Source of the DNA: Owenia fusiformis
Taxonomy: Eukaryota
Reading direction: 5' to 3'
Assembly: GCA_903813345.2 (NCBI GenBank)
Contig: CAIIXF020000001.1
Location: forward strand, 29,388,001 to 29,452,000
Length of the DNA stretch: 64,000 bases
Shown here piece by piece: positions 24,612 through 40,000 of the stretch (position 1 is its first letter; every line of letters starts with the position of its first letter). Made by a program: the position numbers and the translations under genes. The notes beneath the pieces are model-generated. The model saw only the letters and a list, made by a program, of their open reading frames with translations. It was not told the origin of the DNA and searched no databases.

Positions 24612-26525
24612 CTGTGAACCAAACATCAAATAATGTTAACAAACATATCCAAATTTCAGATTTCATCTTTGCATTATCTATTTCAATTATAATTTCTGAA
24701 TTGTTAGAGTCAATCCATTAATCCTTTCTTTGTGTAAGCCTGGTAGGCCTGTAAACTTAGCCTGTGATTGGGCCTGGTACATTCAACATATGGTAAATTG
24801 TCATCCCTTGAACCTAGCTGACTTTACCCTTTCTTCCCTGTAGCATTTACTGGTTCCGCCTTGTTAACAAACCTTACCAGGCAATTTTTCGGAATATGCA
24901 CATTTCGTTATCTTTTATTGCCACTGCCAAAAATTTTATTGCCAAAATCCAATTTTCCTTCTAATTTGTGATGATACAACAAAGACCCTCAGCTAAGTTG
25001 ATTTTATTTATAGATTTATTACAAAATTATGAGAATTTGTGGTTTCATCAGAGGGTTTCATAGATCTCTCCTAAATGTCTGGTTGTTTCCAACTGCTCAT
25101 TAGAGGCCTTATTCTCAAGTAGGAATTCCTCCAATTTATGTAGACATAAAGTCCATATGTGATATATTCCCATAATGATGTCAAGTCATATAAAACCTCA
25201 ATGAAGTTGACATTTTATAAATAAAACAAGAACAGTTTTTCACTGCATGATGTAATTACTTTTCATGGAAGTAGAAAGAAGTAATAACAGATGTGTCTTT
25301 TGAAATGACTTATTTTGTATGAATTGAGTCAATCAACAGAATTTGATTGATTGTAAATATAATGAAATATTAGTGACAGAGATTAAATTCTAGAGGGTGA
25401 GACACAACAAATAAGTAAACTCAGTCTGAAAAATATGTTCACCAACAATTTACTCAACTGAGTAGCCACTCAAAAAGGCAGCGGCTGTATATTCACTATT
25501 GATATTTCATCGGCTGTATATTCACTATTGATTATATCAAGTTTGTACATATTCTTTAGACTGATTTACAACAGTAAGAGGTACAAATATACAACATATA
25601 TGTCAGTATAGGACAAATACATAAAGTTTAACATGCAGTAGAAATAGGGAGTTATTGTCACAATATTGTTTTCACTTGATGACCATTGCAAAACAATCAA
25701 GTCTTGAAACATTTTGGAGATAAAGCTGTAATTTCTCAAGAGCTGTTTGTTTGTTTGGTTGGTAAGGCAGTCAGTAATGCCATTAAGAATGTTTTGCATT
25801 GGTTACAAAGTGTAACACTTATTACTATAATATTACTAATTAGGTATGTGCAAAACATAAACTAAGTAAACTATAAAACATGTAAAACAATTCAGAGAGC
25901 AAATTCCCATAACCCTTAACAAATAAATGCATACAGCAGACATTTACTATGTATGAATAATGTGAGGATTTTATTTTTATAACTGGAAAATCATGAGAAC
26001 ATGTTCCAATTTCAGGATGGATGGGCTGCAGTGATGACTTTAATAGGGGGAATGATTGGCAACAGGGACTGGTTTAAAACATTTACTAACACATTTATAA
26101 ATCTAAAACGGGTCTGTTTTTTGTCAATTCCAACTATTATACAGACATTGGACATTTTTGGTGAACTGATTACAGTAAGGTCACATAATGGGTCCTTGAA
26201 AACATAAAATAAAATGAAAAACATTAAAAAAATGGTTAAGACTTGATTTAGACAATTGCCACATAAAAAGAAAATCTGGATTTGACTTACTGGTCAAAAA
26301 CATTGTGGTTTTGACAGAAACCCCATTTAACAAAATGAAAAAACATGGACACATTTGCCGGAATACTAGTGAAAGTGGCCACTGAAAATTCCATGAATCT
26401 AGGCTGAGATAAAAGTTGGATCTATAAGCAGTGGGAATGAGCAATTTACTATGAAAAATGAGCGATATGCGTAGCTTTGTATGAAGCATTGGATGAAGCC
26501 TTCTTGTTGCTCTTTTTAAACTCAC

Positions 26526-27038
26526 CTCTTGAAGCAGGACTTTCATAATCAATAATTCCTCTGAGTGCATATGTCCTTCCCATAACCTCACCACCATACC
26601 TGGACAAATCTAACTGGACATTTTCAATGATTTGCTCATCAAACACTGGAGCATTATATGTCTGGAACATGTCAGTTGATGTGTAGCCATCTTCTTCTGT
26701 TGCACTAGCCACTGCACCAACTGGAGTATCCTGGGGGTAGTGAACCCCGAGGAAGTCTCCCTTTCGTACCTCAAGTTTTTGAGGCAGATTAACCCTCTTC
26801 AATCCAAGGCCTCCAGGAAAGAGCTCAATTTTATGCAATAAAATAAATGTCTCAGCGGCAACCTGTCGCCAGATTCCAATAAATGCAGTTCCCTGTGCAG
26901 ATGCGCGGAAATATTCAAATGCTGTGACGCGACCATCACATACAAATGCATTGTTGAGCATGAGGCTTGCCCAGTTGTTGCCAGTACGAGGAAGTTGGTC
27001 TGGAGATCGACCGATATAACGAGGGCATATAGCACCAC
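26526..27038 (-). CDS. HSPG2: Exon 5, 171-codon unassigned extracellular domain (GAICPRYIGRSPDQLPRTGNNWASLMLNNAFVCDGRVTAFEYFR...LEVRKGDFLGVHYP...YALRGIIDYESPASR)
   Basis: 513-nt open frame with coding-like composition, tag acceptor, GTGAGT donor, phase 1-1 in frame with its neighbours. Confidence 0.8.
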
Positions 27039-30000
27039 CTATAACGGTTAGTGTATAGTTAGTGGCTTCATACAGAGTCAGTTAGCGTGTCCCTTATGGT
27101 GATTCTATAGAGTGTTTAATATGACCCTTTGCAAAAATATGAGCTTGTCCATTTGTAGAGAATGGATAAGTTCATAGAATGCATAATGAATAGGGTGCCA
27201 TCTATATAATGTTGAAGTGCAAGTGCAGAATAAACACAGAATGACTAGAATATTCTTAACTATATTTGTGCAAGAAAATGAGATTGTTGCAAACTAAGGG
27301 AAGATCATATGATTTCATGAAGAAGGTGCAGGGTATATGTAAAGTCGTGTGTATTTCTTGAATCTCCAAAAATAAAATATATATGAAAAAGCTTATGTTT
27401 CGAATGATGGGAAACTACCATCCTCAGAACATAGGCCTCCAGAACTCGTACCACTATCTTCCAAGGAAGGAACAAAGTTGATGATATCTGGAGCACTGCG
27501 TTGGGAGGATGGAAACTATAAGAACAGCCTATTGCAAAGCTCAATTTATTTACATGGCTCGTTACTCAATTTGATATCATTTTGGAGTTGTATACAAGAC
27601 TGTATTAGATACCAACTAGGTACCTTATAATAGTACCACAATCATAAGCACTCAGAAATCATATGATCTTCACTCTTGTAAGACACTGCACAAAATTATG
27701 GTTCAAAAATCCCAAAAATAAAACAGAATATCGCAGGATACTGGGTACTATAACAACAATGTAGAATCATCACTCGGTTAAAACATCAAATCATGCGTGA
27801 TATTCAACTGTAAAAAATAGTAGATTTTAGAATAGTGAAAATTATTTAATGAAGATATAAGTAGACAAGTGATATTAAAAAAATATTTTAAATGTATAAG
27901 TATTTTTATATTATATCGTAGTTACTTTAGTGGTATTGACAACACATCACAACACATTACAGTACAGACACACGACAAAGATTTGGATAACATTAGATGA
28001 ACACAGAAAATAGTTAGTTCTGTTACTATATCACAAGTATTAATTCACCCAGAATGTTAAAGTCAAAGATTTAGTTGTTCTTGTTAAGAAAAGGTGTCAG
28101 CACCATACAATAGCAGGGTGACAGTTGATGTTACACAGAATGGGTTAACTAAACAAAAGAGGTAGCACAATCCCAGTGAACTTCAGACTGGGAATTAACC
28201 AACCTCTGCCAATCATATCTCAGGTCTTCTACATTGATAACGGAATCAATTAGATAAGTAAGAAAACTAATGTTTGGATACACAACTCATCTAAAAATCA
28301 AATCTAATTTTGGGTATTAAAAACTCCTAAATCAAAAAATAACCTAAGTAATCTACAAGTAAAAACTCTTAAAAGAATCTTAAACAGTACCATAAACAAG
28401 TCATTGCTTTATTTTTTTTACCTCAATATAAAGGTGGATTTTATTTATTAAAGAATGGCTATGTGTTATCAGGATGATATATCATGTCTAAATGAGACTT
28501 AAACATGTACTTCTGTCTAGGGGGTTCTAACTTCACTTTATCATTATGTCAGTTTGACATGGGCTCAGTCTCAACCACTTGGTAACTATTTGGATCAATA
28601 CAAGTAAGACTGAAACCTCAAGTATTTTTAGACTAAACATATCTCAAGTTTTAGCCCTAATTAATTATATTTATTGGTTATGATTATTTTCTTTGATGAT
28701 TTTAAGGAATTTGAATTAGATCCAATACAAGCTTTCAGTTAGTCAGGGATATATTATAAACATTCACTGAAGTTTGAAAGTACGTAGCGCAACTATAATA
28801 AAATATTTATTTTTAAATGTGCTTGAAAGCCCATGTTATACCATATGTGTAAAAATAATAATATTTTGTTAAATTGGACAGTCAAAACATATATCTCTGT
28901 CTAAAGATTGAAAATTAATGGTTTAAAACAATAGGGACTAAAAACCAATTTAAAAAATAATAATACAATAAGACCACTTGTTAAGAGTAAAATGTCATAT
29001 CAGACCACAACTTGGTAAAATGAACTGGTTGAATATTGCTGTGCTAAATGATGCTCTTTCCATGTTTTCACTCTTATCACCCACTACATCATTACCTCAA
29101 TTTCTTACATCAGTAATTCATTAACATATTCCATCTACTAACTCTTCATATACTATATTATGAAAAGAAGTTGCTTTTAACTAAGGGGATTAAAACACAT
29201 TTAGATTTTTCAACAAAATATTTGCAATTTGATTAATTTTCTTTTTATTAATTACTTATTTACTCATAAAAACATATTTTATTAATGGAATCAGAAAAGG
29301 GGAGGTGTTTGAAGGGTAATAACCCTACTTGACCTTGCTGCCCCTCCAGCAAAGTTTTAAATGAGGTGGGTGTGTGTCCTAATTATGAGCTGTCATCTTT
29401 ATTGGAATCACCAGTAAAGATGTCATTATCTCCAATCATATCAATTGGTCAAATCTATTTTCTTGTTTTCAACAGGTAATTGATAATAAAAACAATCTGT
29501 TGAATAAAAGTAAGCTGTTGAAAAAACTTTTTATAGTGATGAATATAGGATCAATTATATTGACCATCTGACTACATGTACAAGTATTTATCAACATGAG
29601 GAGGGGTCAAGTGTCGTGATAAATAAACATTATTCAAAGGCTACTTTTAAAAGTCATAATCAGAGAATTTGAAAAAATCTCAATATAGATTCCACACTAG
29701 ATTTTTTTCCTAATATAAATGTATAACTAATACCAATGCTAATGGCACATGAGAACCTATAATAGTGAAAAGGTTGAGGGAAAGTTGTATTTTATCAGGG
29801 CTCTGTAAATGATATGATAAAATGGACTTGTTTCTGAAAAGTGTTGAGTGAAACACAGACTGACAGAAAGAACCACTTTTAGTCTGTGATTATGCTGTAA
29901 ACAGAAATCAATTGGTTTTCAAATACTCAAGATAGAGAAACATCCACAGGAAATAATCCAAAACTAAAACTACCAAAAATCACGGTTGAAATATTTAAGT

Positions 30001-30699
30001 TGAAATGAAACATCCACATAGTATCCAAAACAAAAATGGACCATATTAAAGATCAAGCATCGGCAGATATTTGGGGACCTTTTTAAATTTTCAGCATTAC
30101 CCCTTTATGAATATGAATACAAGTGATCAGTCTAATGACAAATCAATCCACCAAAATCTAAATGAAAAACTAGGTCAATTTCTTTGTTTCTTAAAATCAT
30201 CAAGTATATAACATATGTGTCTATTAGAAAAGAAAAGGCTACAAGACCATGTCGAAAATACAGAATAAAACTATATACCAAGCTGACCCATTCTGAAGTC
30301 CTTCACACTTAAGTTATTGCATCAATAGGTTGGCTTATATCACCAATATCAAACACAAACATTTTACTTTCCAAAGTCAATGAATTTATTTCTGAAGTCA
30401 ACGAATTGCCTCTTGATACATTGTGTCAGTCATACTCTGCATAAACAATTGTTCCTCAAGGGCTCTCCATGCAATCAAACCATGGGGAATGGCTCTATTT
30501 ATCTAATAACTTATTCTCAACAACATAATGAACAGACGTTTCTCATTCAACATTTCACTCATATGTATATTATAGGTTATGTTATACGTAGAATCAATGA
30601 TAGAGAGCTTCTCCCAAGGTATTGCTTTGAACCACCCATTTTACAAAATATAATTTGTAAAAATCCAGAACCAGCATTCCTTCATCCTCTGAAGCAGGT

Positions 30700-31040
30700 G
30701 TCCAGAATCTGTGCCTCCTTCTTCCCGATGCGCCGATGACGTGTACATGATTGCTGTCGCAGTGATGCGACAGCGAATCAAATTGCGAGTCTTTAATCGG
30801 GGAAACGCTAACTGCTTATCGCAGGGGGTAAAAAGAAAGAAGATATTCTGGATTTTGAAGCCCTGTGATCGGAGGATGGATGTCATTCCCTTTTCAAGGA
30901 AATATGGAGATAAAACATTTTTTGTCCCCATGAAATAATTTGGATTTTTCATTCTTTGGCCAAATTACAAAACAATAGCCTTGCAATTTTGTCACCATCT
31001 ATATCTCCGATTCTAGCTTCAATTTCTGTTTTCACTTAAG
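30700..31040. mobile_element. CpG-rich island in an intron, probable transposon fragment
   Basis: Abrupt CpG enrichment; no splice-compatible frame and no termini identified. Confidence 0.3.
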
Positions 31041-34000
31041 CCACTCAAATGATTAAAATGAGTTATCATTTGAGAAATCCTGATAATATTGAAGTTGAGG
31101 TGGGGGTGCTCTATTTTAGGCAACACCTTTGAACCACTTGGTTCCTCACCTGATGATAAAGGTCTGATTTAGGGGCATAATGAACTTAACAGTCTTCAGC
31201 CTTTAGCCATATGGACCAATTGAACATTGATTCTGTGGTTAATAGATATGCAGTGAGTTTTTGTGGTGAAGCAAAGTCCATAACAGTTTAGACACGATTC
31301 TCTGATTTTCTGATTAATAATGTCTTCAGTAACAAGTTTAGAGCCAATATGCAACTCATCACTTGAAATCTGAATCCATCTGCTTGTATCAAACCCATAC
31401 AGCAACTTGCATACCAAAAGGTAACCTACCTGATGTTTTGTCTTCTTCCCATAGCCCTCATATCAGCCCATAATCAACTATTGAATAACATGATAAGGTT
31501 GAGTGGTTTTCATTGTTTTCAATTATGTATATACAAAGCATAAACTGTTTCCTGGACTGTATTTGGCACACAATTCATGATAATATAAAAAAATAGGGAA
31601 GTAGAGTGCCTGATCTTATATCATGCTGGTAAGAAGAAATAACCTAGAAAATGGTCTGGCTTATGTTATAATACATGTATTGGGAGGAAGCCAAGTACTG
31701 TCTGACCTTCTAAATCAGTCATATTGCTATACCCCTTGTATGCACCTTCAGACATCCAGAGTTATCTCAGAAATGAATGAATACCACAGTTCATCTGGTA
31801 AGAGAAATCTTCTCATTATAATCATTTCATCATGATCTGCTTTCATTTTCATCATTTTAATGGTGTTTTGGAACTTGTGGGATCTTGGTCTTGCAAAGAC
31901 TCTAGAATATAGTAAGCATGGAGGAATGGAGGCAAACTATGCTATGATAGCTATGTGTAGACGTGTCTTGCCTTCTTGCCCTTTGTAGTAGCTTACAGTT
32001 TATTCTCATTCCAATGATGGGGATGATGCTTCAATATATTATCTACAGTACATATACATGTAGTTTATACTTTTAAATCAACATTTGCAACAAAACATTT
32101 TGTACTAATATGTACATTATATACATTTTTCTTCATTGGTCTTCTGGTCTTGGGTGCTTTCTATTAGATTGAGTAAGCACCATTTCTTCCATTTTCTTAT
32201 ATATATATGGCATTTCACCCAATTCAACACAAAGCTGGGTTTGTTGATTAGCTTTTTATTACTTCAGAACTAATCATCTAATTCTCAAGGTTTCTAATGC
32301 TCTAACTATGTAATAGCCGGCACTTTTGGAAGTCGAAGATAGAACTAGGTTTGTATAATTCTCAATGATGCCATGTACCTTTATTTTTAAAAATGCCAAT
32401 TCTCACCAATAAAAATCATATATAACAATAATACCTAAAAGATCAAGTCATTGTTTCTGATATTCCCAACCCTAATGTTGTATATGATGACATTCATAGT
32501 TGAGTGGGTGTATAGTAAGTATAAGTTCAACTCAATCCATGAATAATAGAGTACTGTGAGAATATCACAATGACATGATCCCACACAGAATTTCAGCTCT
32601 CATAAACATATTTTTCATGTATCCAAGAAACAAATGTCACTGCTACTGTCTTAATTTATTGCATCTCTTCCTATGTGTTAACCTATCTCATCATTACTCA
32701 ACAGGGGTACTCTGTGTACCATCTAGGTATTTGTCTATTAGACTCAGTGATATGTAATTCATACTTAAAAATTTTTAGCGATGATAGCTCAATGATGTTT
32801 CTCCCTTGTATGTAAATGATGCTTATGTTGCATTTCATTTCATTTAAGAATGCTGACGATGACTATGCCTCTGTTTACTTTCTACATCATTATTTTTCTC
32901 TTTTCTATTTTGTTTTATGTTTTTGATATGATGACTGTGAGATATTACTCTAGGGCTAACCCTAACCTAACATGAATATGGCACAGTTAGACACGATCAG
33001 AAACAGGTGTAACCCCTCACCCTCCTCAGAACTCGATAAATCAAAATTATAAAATTGAGCAATAAGCATTTCATGAGTTGATCATACTGCGAGAGCATTC
33101 TGAAGATAGTTCTTAGTCTCCGGGAATCTTTGACCATGAAATCTAGATGACACACCCAAAACAAGAGATTTAGACAATTGTTCAAAAAGCTGAGTATGAT
33201 GACAAAGAAACAAATAATATGTGTGATAGCTTTCAATGGAACATTCAGAACTATTTTGATGTGTGTATTCATGGTCAAAAAGACAACCATGCACAAAAAT
33301 GACATAGGTAACTTGGATGACTCTAAACATCTGCTTCCGAAAAAGGGTACTTCACCTCAAAGAATTGTCCTCAAATAACAGTAAAATTCAGGATAGTTTT
33401 TTCAAGGTAAATGCAAATCATTGCTTCAAAGTGAATAAAACCCTTTAGGTTCACAAAGGTTACTAGAAGTGCTACTTATCATCAGTCAACGAAACAACCA
33501 AGTCTTATACAGTTGGAAAACTTCAAATTACTTCGGGGTTTCAATTCCACATACCATATCTACTTGTGAAGCCTGAGTTACTATGTTAAGGGTAATTATA
33601 TCATAAAATAAAAAATGTTTAGAAGTAGAGAATCTGGCCTTGGTCCCTATATGACATATTCTACATGTGAATCATATATCTTAGTAGAGATAGAGCAATG
33701 CAAATCACCTTAAAACCAAAGGGAATGGGTTCAATAGTTCATGGAATATTTCCACTCTTCCCTTCCCTGTATATCCTGGCTTCACTGTTAAATAACCAGG
33801 ATAGAGAGACCCGAACCACAGCAATGAACCATTAGAGGAACTAGAAGAGGAGCTTGTGGCCTCTGTTACAACAATAGATTATTTCTCCTCAAGTCTTATC
33901 TTAACATATTGTAACTGAAAACTTGATGTTTGGTAATTGAGAAGTAAGCCAGTGGTAAGTTGTTGCATTATGTGTTACAACATTGTCTGATAAAAGAAAA

Positions 34001-37000
34001 CAATCAATTTCTGGCTATAAAAATATTTTCAATGGTCTACATTATGCAACATGCTTGGCTGGCATGCCATGGGGTGGGTGGAAGATGACAAAATGGTGCC
34101 AGTAAGAGGTTTAGAGGAAGTTGTTAATTAAACCAAGACACAATGTACTTCTCTCGATAATCTCAACTTATTCAATATTATCACTAAACATGGGCTACTA
34201 CTAAAACCATAATGATAATATTGAACCAGTATGCTTCTAGGATTTTTCTGCAAAGCAAAGCTCTGGTTAATGATATCCAAAATAGGCTAAGAGTCAGACA
34301 ATGAGATTTTTGAAAAAAAAAAAACTTTTTACATAAGTGGGCTAGTAGATACATTTCGGTGACGGCATTAACATTAGTATAGAAATTGTTTGAAGGATTT
34401 CAAGCATTGTTTATTATAAGAGATGCCACACAGGGTTGCTGATTACACAGACTGACATGTGTATGTTGTAACTGCTGACTCTGATGGAAAAGTGCTGACA
34501 AGATATTCTTCATGTTTTAAGTAAAATCAATTGTGCAAAATGTATTTACTCAAATAACACCATAAGTCCATCTATGATCCATGTGACTTTTGTAATATTT
34601 CAGTCTGCATGCAATAGTTTGTTGATTGGTTATACCATGACAGCAATACAGATGTATATGAAAATGTCCAAGTGCCTCCTCCATAAGAGATTCATAAGAT
34701 TTCAGTTGCTCAAAGTTCAAATGTATCATAACCACTTTGGGAATGGAGATGTGCCTCTATAGAAAAATCGTTGTTATCTATTTTTTCAATGCCCACAAAT
34801 ATTAAGTTGAGACCTCCAAAGTTAAACAATAAAAACAAAAACCAACAAATATGACAGGAAGAAAAAGTTGTGAAAGAGCCACACAAAGAAGAGCAATCTG
34901 ACATAGAAGGGCTGCATAACCTATATTATTAGTTTGAAAAGCATCTTATATATTCAATAGAAGATTATTTGGAACCCATTTGGAAGCATGGAAAAAATTG
35001 AAAGAAAAAAATGTTGCACTTATTTGCCTTCTTAGTCTATTAAGTGGGTGCTCTGATTTGATTTACTTTCTGTTCAAACACTAAATTGTCATTTTTATAT
35101 CAGAACTTTTTGTTCACATAGCAGTCAAAACTACTACTTGCCTTAAATAAAATAAACATAAACATTGGTCCATAACATTAATGACTGCAATTCTTGGAAT
35201 ATGAAGGATGGTGAAAAAGTCCAGAAATATAGCTTTAGACATTTGGATTTTTACAGACAAAAATTAATTTTTAAACCAAAATATTTGATAGTCTAGACAT
35301 TGTTTGGTACTTGAACGATAAAGTATATATGACACATTTAAACTACATGTTGTAAATTTTAATATTCTGAAAGTGATCTTACTAAGTACTTTGAGTGGGG
35401 AGGGTCCAGGAGGATAGTCTGGCAAACCCAGGGTTACAAAAATATTTGACAAATAAAATGTAGAAATATATGAAAGGTTGATATCCTAATGGAGAAGCCC
35501 TTCTAGCTTCATCTGCTAGCATATTTTTATGGTATTGTTCTTCAATCTAGAAATAAACTTTCATTGCTTTGAAGTGAAGTAATGTAAGGATGGCGAGTGG
35601 TTTGGGCGTCAGACATCATACTCCTAATGCTGTAACTCCCTATATCTTTGATTCAATTCCAATGACATGTAATGAAACCCTTTACTTGTTCGGAGGTATA
35701 TTGCAGGCCAGGAATCAATCTCCAATAACAAAATGGTACCCTTTAGTGCTAATATCTATGTATGGTGCATGAAAAAGAAAAATTATTATCGTTCGAATAA
35801 TTTGTGGCAGGGTGAATTCAGGCTTTAATTGTTTCGTTATCTAAAGTGCTATAATTCATGACAGTTGAGATCCACCATTCACAACAATCTTGAAAAGGTT
35901 ATCGATTTCAAACGTTTACATAAGGTTAATTTTATGAAAGTACATGTTTAATTGTTCAGTTATTTATAATACAGGTATCACCCTTGGTATACACAACTAC
36001 CGATAATGGACAAGGCAGGTCTGACAGTGTGATAGTGTTACAGGGATGGTGTTATGGTTATTTTTGAATCAAAATTCCATATCACTTGCTTACTGACACT
36101 TCACATAAAAATTTGACACGAAAATGACACTATTAAAGGCAGAATCAGATCTAGCAATGATCATCATGATCTTGATAAAAATTAATTCAATTATAGAAAC
36201 TTTTGGGATCATATCATTCCATATCATGTTTTCTAAAAATGCCCAAAGTATTTTATGAAAACTTAATATTTTTACAATAATGGATTCAATTGTCTATAAT
36301 ATGGTTACCATTATAACCATTTGGGAGAATTTATACATTTTCACTCCATTTTTGTATTTTGAATATGAAATAACTTCAACAATTGATAACATATCAAAGA
36401 TCTTCTGGGAGATATTATATTTGAGCTTGTAAGGGATACTTTGGTATCCTTGCTTGCTCAGAATTTTGTCACCCCCTATAGATCTGATTCTGTCTTTAAG
36501 CATGGTTGTTACAGGCTTAAATTAAGATCAGAAAATAGATAACTAGATCAAAAATCCTATAAAAGAGACAAATACTAAAGAAACATTGGACAATACAATT
36601 CATTCTCAAAACAAAACCACTTAGATTAGATGGGGCATTTTTATTTCACCACAGCGAGGTGCTGATCTGCATTTCCATACCTAGATACACTAATCACCTG
36701 ATAAAAAACTAATCCCAAATATGTGAAGTGCACCCACAAAAGCATTATTTGTAGAACAACAAACACCATTTAAACTGTCTGAAGTAAGTTTAGTGTAAAG
36801 AGGCACTTCACTTTAAAAGTTAGTCCCATTAAACACTGATAAAGAAAAGCTTTCACCCTGTTAAATGTATAGACAATTGACCCGAGTACAAAATCATACA
36901 ATGTTAATTGAGTGACCTTATTGTTATTATTTTGAAGTGTGAAAATGCATATATATAGCACTTAAAATGAAAAGTAAAACTAGAATACTTAATACATGTA

Positions 37001-40000
37001 ATTGTGTGAAGTAGACTTGTTTAGGATTTACACACAAATACCTGAAGTATTGAATTAGTACTATTCAATTCATTTATAAGTATCTGATATGTTATATGTG
37101 TCATGAGCCAAAATAATCGGTAAATATAGTCTGGAAATTCCAAATGGTTTCCTATAGATAAAAAATAGCCAATGCAAATAATGCTGAAACCTATTAATGA
37201 TGTTGTTTGACCCACACGTCCCACCCGCTATCATGTAATTCCTCTGTATTATGATAAGAAAGGTCTCAAGATATCTTGAAGAGGTGTTATCTGTAAATGT
37301 ACAAAATAAGGTAACATCTTGACTTCTCATGACTATGTGGTTTCCTTTGTAATTTCCTCTAAAATTATTGTCAAATGTATTCTATTGATCTGGACCATCC
37401 TTGGTCCAAGCGTATTCACTTCTTGAATTGAAAGAGCAATGAATCCTTTTAATGAGGAATCTGGACACCAGTAAATACGATTTGTGACTCAGTAGAAATT
37501 ATCTCTGTACAAGTTTATATCCACAAACTACTTGTATTGAGTCTGATTCTCTTGCAACCCATCAATTTAAAAATACTTAATAAAATGCAAAATACACGAA
37601 GGTAGAATGAATAACTAAAGAAAAGTTTTTTCAAAGAGATGTACTATTGTTCATGAAACTAAGGTTTGAATATTTCTAAAAGTGATCTTAAGTGATGTCA
37701 AAGTTTTATTTTAGACCTATCAATACTTGTCAAGGGAGGGCATAATTATGATGTTGTCAAAGGACCATAATCCAAGGCCTATAAACATGTGGTCATGTTA
37801 CCACATATATGTACAGTACTCTGTTCTAATCACTGATATCTCAACAAAATCACAAATATAAAGAAAGGATCATGATATAATGCAATAAACAAAGAACAAT
37901 GGATGTCATGAGATCTTCAGCAATAACTCATGAATTATATTAAGTCTGGTACTCTTGACTTATTAAATATTTTTGACATTTTCAATAACCATTTCATGAT
38001 TTAGTTGATGAGTGATGAGAGAATGTCTGATCACTTAGGTATCTTATCAATTGTGTGAAGTTGCATGTTTTTGAATGTTCCTGTCTGTTTAACATGTAAA
38101 TGGAATTTCATTGGTTTTCTGAGAGAAGACAGAACACTACAAGAGATGGCGTCAGTTGTTCAGGGTAGTGCAAGTATTTAGGGAGGCAGAGGTAGGAAGA
38201 TTTGAAAGAAAGCATGACAGTATTTTACTTGCCATACTGTACTTATAAATCAAATTGCTATTACAATACATAATGATAAAAATTCATAAGAATCGAAAGT
38301 GGTATGCCTTCAAATCAACCCCTGTCTCTTTCAAATAAGTAATGTTATGAATGATCAACCAGTAATGCAAGACATATATTTTTAAAGTTGTAACTTGCCA
38401 AGTTTTTATAGTATTCTTGCAACACATATTTGCTTAGACTGCAATTTAATTGGCACTATTCTCTAGTTATCCTTATATCCTTAATTTAGTGCTTTTATAT
38501 TTGTCACAGTTTTAGAGTGGCTAAAGTGGTACTTCCAGTAACTTGTCAGTTTGTATTGATAAACAGATGGGCATACATGCATCACCAAGTAGATGATTAA
38601 AAGCGAACCATTTGATAAGTGGTGGGGAGGGAGTAACCAGAATAAGTGGTGGGGAGGGAGTAACTGACCAGAATATCTTTACTAAAACTACAAATCAAAG
38701 CTAAAAATATGTATTTTCTCACTATAAGACAACTGTTGTTGTTCAACTTGAGCCATAAATGCTTCATTCCTTCAATATTCCTTCAAGCCAGAAAAAGGTT
38801 ACAAGCGACTCCCTAAATATCTTCTGGTCAGTCCCTAAGTTACAATTATGTCTGTTCATGAATTTCAAATTACTGTATCAGAGGGTAATTAAAACCTCAT
38901 TGAAGTAAATTATTCTAAACGTTGGTGTCCTAATCAGTTCTAATTAATCCCAAATATCTGCTCTGTAGAGTATAAAGATCTGAATGTTTAGAAATTATTA
39001 TGGAAATTATCTAAAGATATGAGATTTCCACACATGTTAGTGGGGATGGTTTGAAACGAAATTAACTTAGGAATGACCTAAATGAAAATTATAAGGCGTT
39101 GTCCTCAATGAAAATTATAAGGTGTTGATATCTCAACTATTTTTGAGAGCTACCAACAGAACATAATTCAAGTTGGGCTCATTAACAAAGAGTTCTGTTT
39201 ATTTATACTCCATCCAATAAATTAAATATTTTTTGACTTTTTTAAACAGTTTAATATCATCCATTAATCAAACTTAAAGATCATTCATGACTCTTTTCTA
39301 TCATGGAAACCATCAGAAATACATCTTGTGTAATGTTTCAGGTTTTATAACTGTTATAGGGGGTAGCATGATTTGAAGGGTCAGTTATAATGAGAGACCA
39401 TCAACTTTCACTCCAACTTCACCTCATGATGAAATTCTATACTTGTGCTTTAACCTATCAAGACATCTGCTCCTGGTTAACCTCTATATCTATTGGAGGC
39501 ACCTATTTAACCACCTCCCACTTCTCTCTTTAAACCTCATTCTATTACTCAACACATCTTTATGTTTTGCTACTACTGTAGTTCAAATATAGTTGAGAAG
39601 GAGAGATGTCATGGTTTGTCAAGAAGTGAAATCTTGGATAATGAATATAATTATCCCAGACTTGATTCTCCTTTTTAGAGAGTGTTATTCTGACCTATGT
39701 ATTTACCATAAGAAACAAAGCAATTATCCTTGTCAAGCAAATTCTCTATGCAAATAATGGTCTATATTTACACTCATAGTTCATCCTCTTGTTAAGTTTA
39801 TGCCAAAGGGGTCTTTCCATAAGTTCAGGCCCTTCGAAGTCCTTGGGGATTGAATTTTCTATAAACACTTATCAAAAAGGAAACTCAGGAGTAAAACTGC
39901 TGAAAAGGTGCTTTCAACACAAAAAGTAGTAAATCAGTCAGACATACCTTGAGGTAGCAGACTATACAAAATTCAATTGACTGTTTGTTTGCTACTTCTA

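Noticed and set aside
35586-35775. tRNA/SINE-like A-box (GGATGGCGAGTGGTT)
   Set aside because: No convincing B-box or cloverleaf; at most a decayed SINE.
38613-38665. Short tandem duplications (here, 6561-6615, 25482-25532, 47411-47442)
   Set aside because: Ordinary two-copy slippage duplications with no sign of function.
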